NCBI GenBank assembly: GCA_963746845.1
Contig: CAVVCZ010000005.1
Span: 1 to 64,000 of the forward strand
Source: an uncultured Chloroflexia bacterium
Lineage (GTDB): Bacteria > Chloroflexota > Limnocylindria > Limnocylindrales > CSP1-4
Direction: 5' to 3'
DNA length: 64,000 nt
The notes under the pieces were generated by a model. It was not told the DNA's origin and made no database searches. It saw only the letters and a program-made list of their open reading frames with translations. A program made the translations under genes and the position numbers. The first letter of the stretch is position 1; every line of letters begins with the position of its first letter. Of the stretch, positions 37,528 through 46,996 are shown piece after piece.

Positions 37528-37821
37528 TCAGCGACCCGTCCGCCGTTCCTCGATGAGCACGTCGGCGGCGCCAGCACCGCCGACGAGACGCGGCGGAGGT
37601 CGGCGCAACGCTTCGACGGACGGCGCGGAAACGCCGGGGCGAACGACACCGGCGCGTTCCAGGCGCTGGAGCCGACCGTCCGAGCGGCCGCCACGTGCGA
37701 TCGGCTCGAGGCGGGCAACCGGCGTCCCGCGATCGAGAATGACCACCGACTCGCCGGCCCGGACATGGTCGAGAAGGGCGCTGAGACGATTCTTGGCTTC
37801 ACTGATGGATGCGGATCGCAT
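37528..37821 (-). CDS. Phd/YefM family antitoxin
   Basis: ISEAKNRLSALLD.V..GE.VVI.DRG.PVARL; directly upstream of the PIN gene. Confidence 0.85.
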   Translation of the reverse strand: MRSASISEAKNRLSALLDHVRAGESVVILDRGTPVARLEPIARGGRSDGRLQRLERAGVVRPGVSAPSVEALRRPPPRLVGGAGAADVLIEERRTGR

Positions 37822-37855
37822 CTGGCTATTCTAGCCAGATTGACAAGGCGTGCAA
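37820..37855 (-). promoter_or_regulatory. TA operon promoter with overlapping operator palindrome
   Basis: ATCTGGCTA-TTC-TAGCCAGAT (37820-37840); minus strand TTGCAC-16bp-TAGAAT, then ATG 6 nt later. Confidence 0.7.
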
Positions 37856-37868
37856 GACCTGATCGCGA

Positions 37869-38873
37869 TCACTCCGTCAGTGCATCGCCCCAGGCGATGT
37901 CGGCGGCGGATCGAAAGGCGCCCCCATCGCGACGGCTGCGGACGACCGTCTCGATCCGGCCGTCGGCGCAGATGCGCAGCTCGACCACGCCCGGCCGGTG
38001 GCGCGGCCGGCCGAGGACGACGCGCGGTCGCGGATCGACGACGACCGTCGAGCGCGCGGCGACGAGATACGCGAACGGTTCGTCCTCCCACGACCGGACG
38101 GCGCCCTTTGCGCGGCGCTGCTGGGGACTCCGGTCCAGGCGGGCGAGGAAATGGCACCATGCCGGCGCGGCCACGGGGCAGGCCGCCTCGCCCGGGCACG
38201 GGGCGGCGACCCGGGCGTCCGCGGCGATCAGGCGGTCGCGCGCCTCGAGGATCCGTTCGAACCCGGCGCGGCTGCCCGGCTCGACGAGGACGATCGCGCC
38301 GCGCGTCGCCGCCCAGAGCCCGTCCACGACCCGTCCCCGCGCGTCGTCGGCGAGCTCGCCAAGCAGATACCCGGCGGTCACGAGATCCGATGGCGGCAGC
38401 TCGGCGGTCGTGGCGTCCCCGACCTGCCAGGCGAACCGTTCGTCGCCGATGAGCGTTCGCCCGAGCGATATCGCCGCCCGTTCGCGTTCGACGAGGGCCC
38501 CGCTCGCGAGGCTCGGCCAGACCGCCCGCGTGGCCCACGTCGTGGCGCCGGTGCCGGCGCCGACATCGAGGACGCTCGCAGGCGCGAACCCCGGAAGCCG
38601 GTCCGCCCCCGCCGCCATCGCCCGGGCGGCAGCGGCGAACGTCGCCGGCATCCGCGCCGCGCCATAGGCCGCCGCGGATCGGTCATCGCCCAGGCGCCCA
38701 TCCCCGGCGCTCCCATCAGACCGATAGACCGTGGACAGCCGGCCGGATCGAGCAGCCACCGCCGGCGTGACCCGGACCGCGCGCGCGAGAGCGAGCCGCA
38801 GCCGAGCGCTCGCCGCCGCGATCCGCTCGGCGGTTCCGTCGTCTGGCACGGCGGGGGGTTCGGGACGATCCAC
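37869..38873 (-). CDS. Rsm22/METTL17-family SAM-dependent methyltransferase-like protein
   Basis: AY.AARMPATFAA, LDVGAGTG, Y.LGEL, VEPG...GF, APCP...CP...WCHF, WEDE.FAY. Confidence 0.8.
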   Translation of the reverse strand: MDRPEPPAVPDDGTAERIAAASARLRLALARAVRVTPAVAARSGRLSTVYRSDGSAGDGRLGDDRSAAAYGAARMPATFAAAARAMAAGADRLPGFAPASVLDVGAGTGATTWATRAVWPSLASGALVERERAAISLGRTLIGDERFAWQVGDATTAELPPSDLVTAGYLLGELADDARGRVVDGLWAATRGAIVLVEPGSRAGFERILEARDRLIAADARVAAPCPGEAACPVAAPAWCHFLARLDRSPQQRRAKGAVRSWEDEPFAYLVAARSTVVVDPRPRVVLGRPRHRPGVVELRICADGRIETVVRSRRDGGAFRSAADIAWGDALTE

Positions 38874-38941
38874 GATCGCGCGAGCGTAGGCGAATCCCGT
38901 ACGCTGCGGACGCCCGTTCGAGGAGGCCCAGGAGATCGAGC

Positions 38942-39508
38942 ATGCGTGTCAGCGTCACCCCCGAGCAGATCCGGACCGCGTTCGAGGCCGTCAAGGACGA
39001 CCCCTCCTTCGACGACAGCCGCGGCCTGTGGGAACGCGGCCGGCCCCCGGTCGAGATGCTCCAGGCGATGTGCCTCCGCCCCGACATCCTGGCCGCATTC
39101 GCCGGCTTCGGCGGAAGCGTCTACCCGGGCGGGCTGCTCGAGCGACGCATCAAGGAGCTCGTGATCATCGCCGCGTCGCAGTCCAACGAGTGTCAGTTCT
39201 GCACGAACGCGCACGTCGATATCGTCGACCTCGGGGACATCGTCGCCGAGCCGTTGGCGATGATCGCCGACCCGTCGGCGCTGGCGCCGCGGGAGCGCGC
39301 AGCGGTCGAGTTCACGAAGGCCGGCATGGTCGATTCGAACCGGATCCCGGACGACGTCGCGGCGCAGGTCAAGGAGCTGTTCAGCGATGCCGAGCTGGTC
39401 GAGCTGTCGTTCCTGATCGGCTACATCAACATGCTCAACCTGTTCAACAACCTGCTCGGGGTCCGGTACCACGGCGACTACCGGGTGCTCCAGCCCACCG
39501 GCGGCTAG
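38942..39508 (+). CDS. carboxymuconolactone decarboxylase/AhpD family protein
   Basis: KEL.I...SQ.NECQFCTNAH (CxxCxxxH), FSDAELVEL; RBS AGGAG. Confidence 0.82.
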   Translation: MRVSVTPEQIRTAFEAVKDDPSFDDSRGLWERGRPPVEMLQAMCLRPDILAAFAGFGGSVYPGGLLERRIKELVIIAASQSNECQFCTNAHVDIVDLGDIVAEPLAMIADPSALAPRERAAVEFTKAGMVDSNRIPDDVAAQVKELFSDAELVELSFLIGYINMLNLFNNLLGVRYHGDYRVLQPTGG

Positions 39509-39606
39509 GTCGCCTGTCCTCGCGCCCACACTTGTTCGGGACACCCACGCACGGACCGCGTCGGGCTCTATCCTCCGTGAAGGGTTGACACACCTGGAGC
39601 AGACCC

Positions 39607-40527
39607 GTGCCTGAACCGCCGTACCGTCGCGTTCACGTGATCATCAACCCGGCATCCGGCCGGAACGAGCCGATCCTCAACGTGCTCAATGACGTCTTCG
39701 GGCGGCACGAGGTGGACTGGGCGATCAGCGTGACGCATCGGTACGGGGACGCATCGGTCCAGGCCCGGCAGGCGGTCGAGGACGGCGTGGACCTGGTCGC
39801 CGGGTACGGCGGGGACGGCACCCAGCACGAGATCGCCAACGCCCTCGTGGACGCGGCCGTCGAGACGGGACGACGGACGCCGATGGGCATCCTGCCCGGA
39901 GGAACGGGCAACGGGTTTGCCCGGGAGATGGGCGTGCCCGGAACGTTGCGGGAGGCTACCGAGGTCCTGTGCGCGAGCCCAAGGACCCGTGCGGTCGACG
40001 TCGGCCGGCTCCGCGACCTCGGGCAGGCGGAGGTCGCCGACCGATATTTCGTCCAGCGGCTGTACGTGGGGGTGGAGCCCGAGGAACAGACGAGTCGGGA
40101 TCAGAAGGACCGCTACGGGGTCTTCGCGTACCTCGTGAACGCCACACGCCATACGCAGGACACGGCGGCCGTCCACTACCGCGCCGAGCTCGACGGCGAG
40201 TCGATCGAGTTCGACGCCACGAAGGTCTACGTCGTCAACTCCGGGATGATGGGGACCGGGCTGCGGATCACCCATTCGTACGCGGTCGATGACGGGCTGC
40301 TCGACTGCTTCCGGATCGACCAGCACGACTACGCGACCATGGTCGCCGCAGCGGTCCGCTTCCTGGACCTTCCCATGTCCAACCTGACGAAGTTCCATCG
40401 GCAGTGCAGGACGCTCAGGATCGAGACCCAGCCCGACCAGCCCGTGTGGACCGACGGCGAGTATGTCGGGCGCACGCCCATCACGGTCGACGTCATGCCC
40501 GGAGCCCTGGCCGTTGTCGTCCCCTGA
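39607..40527 (+). CDS. diacylglycerol/lipid kinase family protein
   Basis: IINPASG, GGDGT, GILPGGTGN.FA, VDVG, DDGLLD, DGE. Confidence 0.85.
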   Translation: MPEPPYRRVHVIINPASGRNEPILNVLNDVFGRHEVDWAISVTHRYGDASVQARQAVEDGVDLVAGYGGDGTQHEIANALVDAAVETGRRTPMGILPGGTGNGFAREMGVPGTLREATEVLCASPRTRAVDVGRLRDLGQAEVADRYFVQRLYVGVEPEEQTSRDQKDRYGVFAYLVNATRHTQDTAAVHYRAELDGESIEFDATKVYVVNSGMMGTGLRITHSYAVDDGLLDCFRIDQHDYATMVAAAVRFLDLPMSNLTKFHRQCRTLRIETQPDQPVWTDGEYVGRTPITVDVMPGALAVVVP

Positions 40528-41074
40528 GCCACGACCGGGCCTGTCGCCGTTCCATCGAGCCTTCGATCGACTGTACCCCGCGATCCGGTTCACCTACGAG
40601 CGGCTCCTCGGGCACGCATGGTTCTCGCCGGTCGAGCCACGGCTCTGGCTCGGCGGGGCGCCCACCTACCGCCGGGACTACGACACGATCCTCGCGCTGG
40701 GGATCAGCGCGGTGCTGGACACCCGCGCCGAGCGAACGTCCGATCGCGCCTTCTACGACGCACACGGCATCACCCACCGCCGGTTCCCGGTGCCGGACGT
40801 CACGGTGCCGGACGAGGCCGTCCTGACCGAAGCGGTGGCCTGGATCGACGACCAGCTCGCGGACGGCCGGACGGTCCTCATCCACTGCGCGAAAGGAAGA
40901 GGTCGCTCCGCGACGGTGGTCGCCGCCTGGCTCATGAAGACGAGAGGGATGACGTTCGACGCCGTGCGGAACCTGCTGCGCTCGAAGCGGGAGCTGGTCA
41001 AGCTCGAGGACCGGCACCGCCTGGTGCTGGAGTCCTGGGTCGCCACGGCGGGCGACCGGCCCGATCGGCCGTGA
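40514..41074 (+). CDS. dual-specificity protein phosphatase family protein
   Basis: LWLGGAP, VPD loop, VLIHCAKGRGRS (CX5R); start codon uncertain. Confidence 0.8.
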   Translation: MSSPEPRPGLSPFHRAFDRLYPAIRFTYERLLGHAWFSPVEPRLWLGGAPTYRRDYDTILALGISAVLDTRAERTSDRAFYDAHGITHRRFPVPDVTVPDEAVLTEAVAWIDDQLADGRTVLIHCAKGRGRSATVVAAWLMKTRGMTFDAVRNLLRSKRELVKLEDRHRLVLESWVATAGDRPDRP

Positions 41075-41137
41075 AGCGCCCACTCGGCCTGGTCAGGGTC
41101 GCCAGGTCGTGGCGTCGTCGTTGGAGGCGCGCCGAGC

Positions 41138-41560
41138 TCAGGCGGATTCGGCCGCCCGCTTCATCCCCTCCGCTTCGAGGTCCATGTAGCGGTTGGTCAG
41201 CTTCTTGTAGAACAGGGCCATGATCGGGATGAGGAACCCGCGCATGTCGAGTGTCAGCGTGAGACGTGCCCGCCCCTCTCCCAGCGCCTCGACGCGGTGG
41301 CCGGCGACGCTGGTGGTGCCGCCCGTCTGCTGTGTCCACTCGAAGTAGGACGGCGCATCCCAGACCGTGATGTCCCAGGTGCCCTCGGGCAGCTTCGGCT
41401 GCTTGAGCCGCACGCGGCTGCCACGGGTGATCGGCGCCAGCGTCAGGAGCTCGACCATGTCGACGGTCTCGATGCGCTGCGGCCAGGCCTCGATGGCGCT
41501 GAGCACGTCCCACACGCGCCCCGGAGGAGCATTGATGTCGATCGACTTCTCGAAGTGCAC
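41138..41560 (-). CDS. SRPBCC/polyketide cyclase family protein
   Basis: SIDINAPP.RVWDVL..IE.WP, E..GMKRAAE; start taken at GTG 41560 because the longer ORF overlaps the tRNA. Confidence 0.8.
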   Translation of the reverse strand: MHFEKSIDINAPPGRVWDVLSAIEAWPQRIETVDMVELLTLAPITRGSRVRLKQPKLPEGTWDITVWDAPSYFEWTQQTGGTTSVAGHRVEALGEGRARLTLTLDMRGFLIPIMALFYKKLTNRYMDLEAEGMKRAAESA

Positions 41561-41612
41561 GTCGGGCGGTCTGCTCAGGCTGCGTGTCGATTCGAGCACG
41601 ATTCGGTAGGTG

Positions 41613-41688
41613 TGGAGCGGGAGACGGGGTTCGAACCCGCGACATGCAGCTTGGAAGGCTGCCGCTCTGCCAACTGAGCTACTCCCGC
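41613..41688 (-). tRNA. tRNA-Gly (anticodon TCC)
   Basis: GCGGGAGTAGCTCAGTTGGCAGAGCGGCAGCCTTCCAAGCTGCATGTCGCGGGTTCGAACCCCGTCTCCCGCTCCA: 76 nt, full cloverleaf, encoded CCA. Confidence 0.97.
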
Positions 41689-41826
41689 CGGAGGCATCGG
41701 TGAAGGTACCAGAGCAGTTGGGGACCATCCGTCCATCGACGGAAAAGGAGACCCCGCCGAGGTTCCCTCAGCCGACGGCGAATGAGGACCTAGACCAGGT
41801 CGGCCGAGGCACACCTGGAGCCTCGG

Positions 41827-42246
41827 ATGGACAACCCCGCAGACCCCGCCACGCCGTTCGGCGAAGTCTACCAGTCGTTCCTCGACGACCTGGCAACGGA
41901 GGGCAGGAAGCCCTCGACCATCCACCGCTACCGCTACAACATCGTCCGGTTCGAGAAGTGGCTCGCCGAAGCCGGCCGGCCGCCGACCCTGGCGTCGCTC
42001 GAGCGGTCGACCCTGTTCGCCTACCGCCAGCATCTCGAGGCGCTGCCGCAACAGCCGCGCGGGTCGCACCGGCGACGCCGGGGTGGGCTGATGAGCCAGC
42101 ACTCCGCCCATTCCTACCTGCGCAGCATCAAGTGCCTCGCGTCGTGGCTGGTGGGTGCTGGCCACATCACCTCGAACCAGTTCAAGGCGGTCAATCGGCC
42201 CGATCAGCCGGCCCGCGCCACGGCGACGGACCGGGTCCAAGAGTGA
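41827..42246 (+). pseudogene. truncated tyrosine recombinase/integrase (N-terminal SAM-like domain only)
   Basis: FL.DL..EGRKPSTI.RY, S..SAHSYLRSIK.LASWL...G.I..N typical of the integrase core-binding domain; stops before any catalytic domain. Confidence 0.7.
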
Positions 42247-42399
42247 GGCCAGTGGCGCTACCGGCCGCTTCCGGCTGCGTGCACAGACGGGACGTTGGGG
42301 GTCACGCGGCAACGCACCTGAACGACACCAGATGTACGCAATAGCACAAGCGGCGCCGGGTTCATGGAGCTCTCGGGCCTGGTGGCTTCGCCGACGACC

Positions 42400-42882
42400 C
42401 TACCCACCGCCATCCAGGGGGCGTGGTTCGAGCACGACGACGGCGGTCGGTCCGGAGCGCCGGGCTGCCCATGCGTCGTAGTCGTCGCTGAGTTCGCGCC
42501 ACCGCTTCCAGAGTCGATCACGTTCCTCGCCTTCCGCGGCGCGACCGCGGACAGCGCGAAGACCATCCTTCAGCTCGACGGTCGTATCCGGCTGCGCCTG
42601 AAGGTTCAGCCACCACGCGGGCTCCGCCTCAGCCCAGCCGTTCATGGCCAGAGTGACCAGATCCGGCCCGTCCTCGAGGTAGCCGACGATCGCGACCCGT
42701 AGCTCGCCAGATCGTCGCCCGACTGTCCGGAGGCGCATCATCCCGAACTTGGTGCCGGCCTCGGGGGGCCGGAGGCCGACCCGCCCCCCGCTGAACCGGA
42801 AGAGGGCGCGATGCAGGACCCAGGCCGTCCGAATGACCAGGCGTGGAGGCAGCGTTGCCGTGCGCTCGCGCTCGGCGGTCAT
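42400..42882 (-). CDS. deazaflavin (F420)-dependent nitroreductase family protein (Ddn-like)
   Basis: LRTVGRRSG..R, NGW....PAWWLNLQAQP, ER.RLW, R...VVVLEP. Confidence 0.82.
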   Translation of the reverse strand: MTAERERTATLPPRLVIRTAWVLHRALFRFSGGRVGLRPPEAGTKFGMMRLRTVGRRSGELRVAIVGYLEDGPDLVTLAMNGWAEAEPAWWLNLQAQPDTTVELKDGLRAVRGRAAEGEERDRLWKRWRELSDDYDAWAARRSGPTAVVVLEPRPLDGGG

Positions 42883-43685
42883 GCCACACCCGCCGTCGAT
42901 GTCGTCGCGATCGCCGACGACGTGGCCGCCACTGACGCACTCGTGTTGCTCTTGTCGGCGGCAAGCGCGGTGACGGCCGAGGGGCGGAAACCCTTGAAGG
43001 TGAGCCAGAGGCCGAGCGACAGCTCCCAGAAGAAGATCGGGATGACCGCGATGCCGGACGCCAGGGAGGCCTGCTCGTTCATGCCGAGGATGGATGCGGC
43101 TGCGAGCACCAGGAATAGCGGGGCACCGATGAGCCCCAACGCCGGGATCCCACGTGGCACGAGTCGCGACCGGTACAGCACGTATCCGAGAAGCAGCGCG
43201 TTGAGGCCGGGCATGACGCCGGGGCCGACGAGGAAGGTCACGTCGCGCACCGCGACGAGTCCCTGGCCCACGGCCACCAACGCGGACGCATCGGTCCCGG
43301 CCGCAGCGCCAGCCTGCCGCAAGTTCACCACGGCCATGAGGCAGACGACGCCGATGACGATGACGGCCGCCTCGAAGATCCGCGTGGCGACGAAGCCGAT
43401 CGACGCGGCACTGCTTTGGCGCTTGATCACCGGGTACAGCGCGACGGCCGTTCCGATGCAGGCCAGGGCGGTGATGAGGTCGAACAGCGCGCCCAGGAGC
43501 ACCTGGCTGTCGGCGCCGGCACTGAGGATGTACGCGGGATCGCTGAGGATCGGGCCGTACAGGAAGACGGCCGGGATCGAGAAGACGAAGGTCATCAGGT
43601 ATGCGATGCCCCCGGCGAGCGCGAGTTGCCTCCACGCGTCCGTCCGGACTCCAGTGGTTCCAATCATTCGTGCGGTGTCGTTCAC
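42879..43685 (-). CDS. DUF4386-like multi-pass membrane protein
   Basis: AGGIAYL.TF.FSIP, IGTAVALYPV.KR, LYRSRLVPR, WELSLG.WL..KGF. Confidence 0.75.
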   Translation of the reverse strand: MNDTARMIGTTGVRTDAWRQLALAGGIAYLMTFVFSIPAVFLYGPILSDPAYILSAGADSQVLLGALFDLITALACIGTAVALYPVIKRQSSAASIGFVATRIFEAAVIVIGVVCLMAVVNLRQAGAAAGTDASALVAVGQGLVAVRDVTFLVGPGVMPGLNALLLGYVLYRSRLVPRGIPALGLIGAPLFLVLAAASILGMNEQASLASGIAVIPIFFWELSLGLWLTFKGFRPSAVTALAADKSNTSASVAATSSAIATTSTAGVA

Positions 43686-43969
43686 GTCGATCTCCTTCGA
43701 GGTGCCTCGCTGCCCGCGATCGGCGGCTCGGCCTCGTTCTCGTTGACCGAGATCAGGGTGATGCCGAGATCGCGCAGCTTCTGGAGCAGGCCATGGAGGG
43801 CCGCCTGGTCAGCGACTGGTCCGACGAGGACGGTCGTTCCGTCGCTCGCATGGGTCAGGGACATCCCGCCGAGCCATTCGGCCCAGCCGTCGTCCAGACG
43901 TCCCTTCAGGCGGATCTGGTAACGCTTCGCCTCATGGCGGTCGTTCCGCGATCCGCGGCGCTCGTCCAT
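43682..43969 (-). CDS. small ACT-like hypothetical protein
   Basis: YQIR.KG.L...W..W..G, GTT.L.GPV.DQAALHGLL..LRDLG..LISV pattern of a recurrent small-protein family. Confidence 0.7.
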   Translation of the reverse strand: MDERRGSRNDRHEAKRYQIRLKGRLDDGWAEWLGGMSLTHASDGTTVLVGPVADQAALHGLLQKLRDLGITLISVNENEAEPPIAGSEAPRRRST

Positions 43970-44056
43970 CTGGCCCCTTCCTTGGTTCCGACTCGGCGAT
44001 GTCGGCATCTCCGGCGGCCGAGGAGACCAAGGTGGACGGAAAGGTGAGGACGGCGC

Positions 44057-44086
44057 CTCCCCATCGGTGGGGAGAGCGATGGGGAT
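44057..44086. promoter_or_regulatory. putative operator for the MalT-like regulator
   Basis: CTCCCCA-TCGG-TGGGGAG dyad (44057-44074) plus an extra TGGGGA half-site, between the regulator and its downstream operon. Confidence 0.5.
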
Positions 44087-44088
44087 TC

Positions 44089-46827
44089 TCAGCGGCGGCC
44101 GCTTCGCGAAATGAGGCCGATTTCTTCGCCGCGCAGCACCGCCGCTCGGCGGCTGTTCACACCGAGCTTCGCGTAGATGCTCTTCGTGTGCGTTCGGACG
44201 GTGCTCAGCGCCACGACCATCTCGTCCGCGATGCCGGGGCCATCGAGGTCGGATGCGAGAAGCCGAAGAACGTCAAGCTCTCGATCGCTGAGTGGCTCAG
44301 GCAGACGCGGCTGACCTGTTGCACGGCGTTCGCGGACCCCGAACGCCCCCCGCAGATGTCGAACGTAGTCCGAGGCGATGCCGCGACTGGCCGCCAGTTC
44401 GAGCATGTCGGCCATCGGGCCGCCCTCGGCCACGAATGTCTGGACGTAGCCCTCCGGTTCCGCCAGGGTCAGCGCGCGACCCAGCGGCTCGAGTCCTGCG
44501 ACGCCGTGGCCGCGATCGTGGTGGGCGAGGGCCTGCAGGACCAGGATCTCGACGACGCTTCGCCATCGCCCACCCGATTCGGCGGCGACCAACAATCGCT
44601 CGAGGAACGTGCTCGCTTCCTGGATCGGACTCGGGTCATGGACCCTGGCGCCATCGGCCAGGAGCACACGGGCAAGGGTGATGTGCTCGTACTCCCGCAC
44701 GTAGCTGAGATCGTCATCGACCGATACTCCGCAGTCGTCGGCCCATGCTCGGGATTCGCGCAGACGGCCACGGGCGGCCTGGATGCGCGCGGCTTGCGCC
44801 GGGACGGGCCGGGTCACCGGGTAGTACTCGCTCACGAAGACGCGTTCGGCATCCTCCAGGAGGGCGAGGGCACCATCAGCGTCTCCGTCCGTCAGACGGA
44901 GCTGCGCCATCGCGACGCGCCATCGATAAGGGTTCTGGGCCAAGCCGCCCTCGTCCCCGAGATCATCGCTCTGCCGTAAGTGGTCAGCGGCAGCATCGAG
45001 GTCGTTCCACTCCAGACAGAGCTCGCTCATCCCCACGTGCAGGTCGGCCGCTCCGCGGAGGATGGTCGTCCCGTCGCCGGTCGCGGCTCGCAGGCCACGT
45101 TCGTAGGTCGTCATCGCCTCGCGCAGACGACCCTGGGCGATTCGGATCTCCGCCAGCGGCCGGTTGCAGCCGATTGCATCGACGGCGTGGCCCGCCTGCT
45201 GCAGGCACGCCATGGCCTCCGCCCAGAAGCCGTTGGCGGCCTCGAGATCGCCGCTTCCCCAGTGCGCCAAGGCAAGGAACCCCGCCGCCCCGCCGCGCCC
45301 GAGTGGATCGTCCTCGCCGGCGAGGTCGAACGCCCGCAGGGCGAATGCCTCCGTGCGCTCGCGGTCACCGTTGATCTGTGCCTGGGCGGCCCGATACAGG
45401 GCAACCGCACTCGGCAATCTTCGGAACTCGCCTTCGTCCACGACGACCATCGCTGGGGGCGGGCCCGGATCCCCGCCATCGGCATCGAGTACCGGTTCCA
45501 GCCATCGCTCGGCCCCTTGAAGCAGCACCTCGACGTCCGCGAACTCGCCGTTGGACATCAGGGCTCCGACATACCCCACGCTCAAGACGGGGCGAGTCTG
45601 GAACAGCTGGGCGGGCAGCAGCTCGAGCCAACGCCGCATCGTCGCTTCCTCGCGCGTTTGTCGGAGGCCCGGGATCGCCGGCTCGATCATCGCCGCGGCT
45701 CGCTCGTAGTCCTCCCCGGCGAGAGCATGGCGAATGGCCTCCGAGGGCTCACCACGCTGCTCGTACCACCTGCTCGCGCGTCGATGGAGGTCATGGACGC
45801 GATCCGGCTCCTCGCGTTGCAAGCGTGCCCGCAGGACGTCCGCGAACAGGTGGTGGTATCGGTACCACTCGCGGCGCGCGTCGAGTGGGATGACGAAGAG
45901 GTTCCGTCGATCGAGGACCTCAAGCATGGCCTGTCCGCCCTCTTCTCCCGTGACCGCATCGCAGAGGGCACCGCTGAGCCGGTCGAGGATGGACGTCCAC
46001 AGAAGGAACCGGCGCACATCCTCGGTCTGGCGCTCCAGGACCTCCTCGGCCAGGTAGTCGACCACGAAGCGATCGTCGCCGGTGAAGCCTCGGATGAAGT
46101 CCGGAACATCGTCCCGGCCCTGCATGGAGAGAGCGGCGAGCTGGAGCGCAGCGATCCACCCATCCGTTCGTTCTTCCAGCGCGGCGACCTCGCTCGCGCC
46201 CAGATCCAGACCCTCCACCCCATTGAGGTAGGCCGCCGTCTCGTCACGCGTGAAGCGCAGGTCCGCAGCTCGTATCTCGATGAGTTGACCTTGAGCCCTG
46301 AGACGGGCCAACGGGAACGGTGGATCGGCGCGCGTGTTGATGACGACGTGCACCGATGGCGACAACTGGTCCAGGAGGAACGACACCTGGTCCTGGACAT
46401 CGCTCGCTTCGATGAGATGGAAGTCATCAAGCACCATCACGATGTCGGCTCCGACCGAGCCAAGCTCGTTGGCAAGGATCGTCACGACCGTTTCGATGGG
46501 CGTTTGCTGCGGGGCTTCCATCATCGAAACGGCGGTCCGTGCCGATGGCACCGCCCGATGGACGGCTGTCGCGACGCCGAACCAGAAGGCGCCAGACTCG
46601 TTGTCGGCCGGGTCCAGGGACAACCACACGGGGACCAGGTCGTCCGAGCCGGCGGCCGCGAGCCAGTCGGCGAGCAGCGTGGTCTTGCCGAAGCCGGGCG
46701 GGGCGGAGATGAGCGTCACCTTGGCGCGCGTCGCTCGACGAAGTCGCTCTACGAGCCGTGGTCGGGGCACCAAAGACTCGCGCGGACGCGGAACGTAGAA
46801 CTTCGAATCGGGGAGGATGCGAGCCAC
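44089..46827 (-). CDS. MalT-like STAND ATPase/LuxR transcriptional regulator
   Basis: APPGFGKTT, WLSLD, VLDDFH, TRADPP, GW.AALQL, YRYHHLF, C-terminal LS.RE.DVL.L...TVRTH...IY.KLGV. Confidence 0.9.
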   Translation of the reverse strand: MARILPDSKFYVPRPRESLVPRPRLVERLRRATRAKVTLISAPPGFGKTTLLADWLAAAGSDDLVPVWLSLDPADNESGAFWFGVATAVHRAVPSARTAVSMMEAPQQTPIETVVTILANELGSVGADIVMVLDDFHLIEASDVQDQVSFLLDQLSPSVHVVINTRADPPFPLARLRAQGQLIEIRAADLRFTRDETAAYLNGVEGLDLGASEVAALEERTDGWIAALQLAALSMQGRDDVPDFIRGFTGDDRFVVDYLAEEVLERQTEDVRRFLLWTSILDRLSGALCDAVTGEEGGQAMLEVLDRRNLFVIPLDARREWYRYHHLFADVLRARLQREEPDRVHDLHRRASRWYEQRGEPSEAIRHALAGEDYERAAAMIEPAIPGLRQTREEATMRRWLELLPAQLFQTRPVLSVGYVGALMSNGEFADVEVLLQGAERWLEPVLDADGGDPGPPPAMVVVDEGEFRRLPSAVALYRAAQAQINGDRERTEAFALRAFDLAGEDDPLGRGGAAGFLALAHWGSGDLEAANGFWAEAMACLQQAGHAVDAIGCNRPLAEIRIAQGRLREAMTTYERGLRAATGDGTTILRGAADLHVGMSELCLEWNDLDAAADHLRQSDDLGDEGGLAQNPYRWRVAMAQLRLTDGDADGALALLEDAERVFVSEYYPVTRPVPAQAARIQAARGRLRESRAWADDCGVSVDDDLSYVREYEHITLARVLLADGARVHDPSPIQEASTFLERLLVAAESGGRWRSVVEILVLQALAHHDRGHGVAGLEPLGRALTLAEPEGYVQTFVAEGGPMADMLELAASRGIASDYVRHLRGAFGVRERRATGQPRLPEPLSDRELDVLRLLASDLDGPGIADEMVVALSTVRTHTKSIYAKLGVNSRRAAVLRGEEIGLISRSGRR

Positions 46828-46996
46828 GCGTCAGGGTATCGCGCGCGCGATCAGGCTCGCGTCCTCTCACCGATCTCCGCACGCGCGACGAGACGACCGA
46901 GCGACGCGGCGAGTGAGATGACCGGGGGACGGTAGGAGTCCCATCGACCCACCGACTACTTTGCCTACTACCCTTGCCGCACCCGGCATGACCTGG

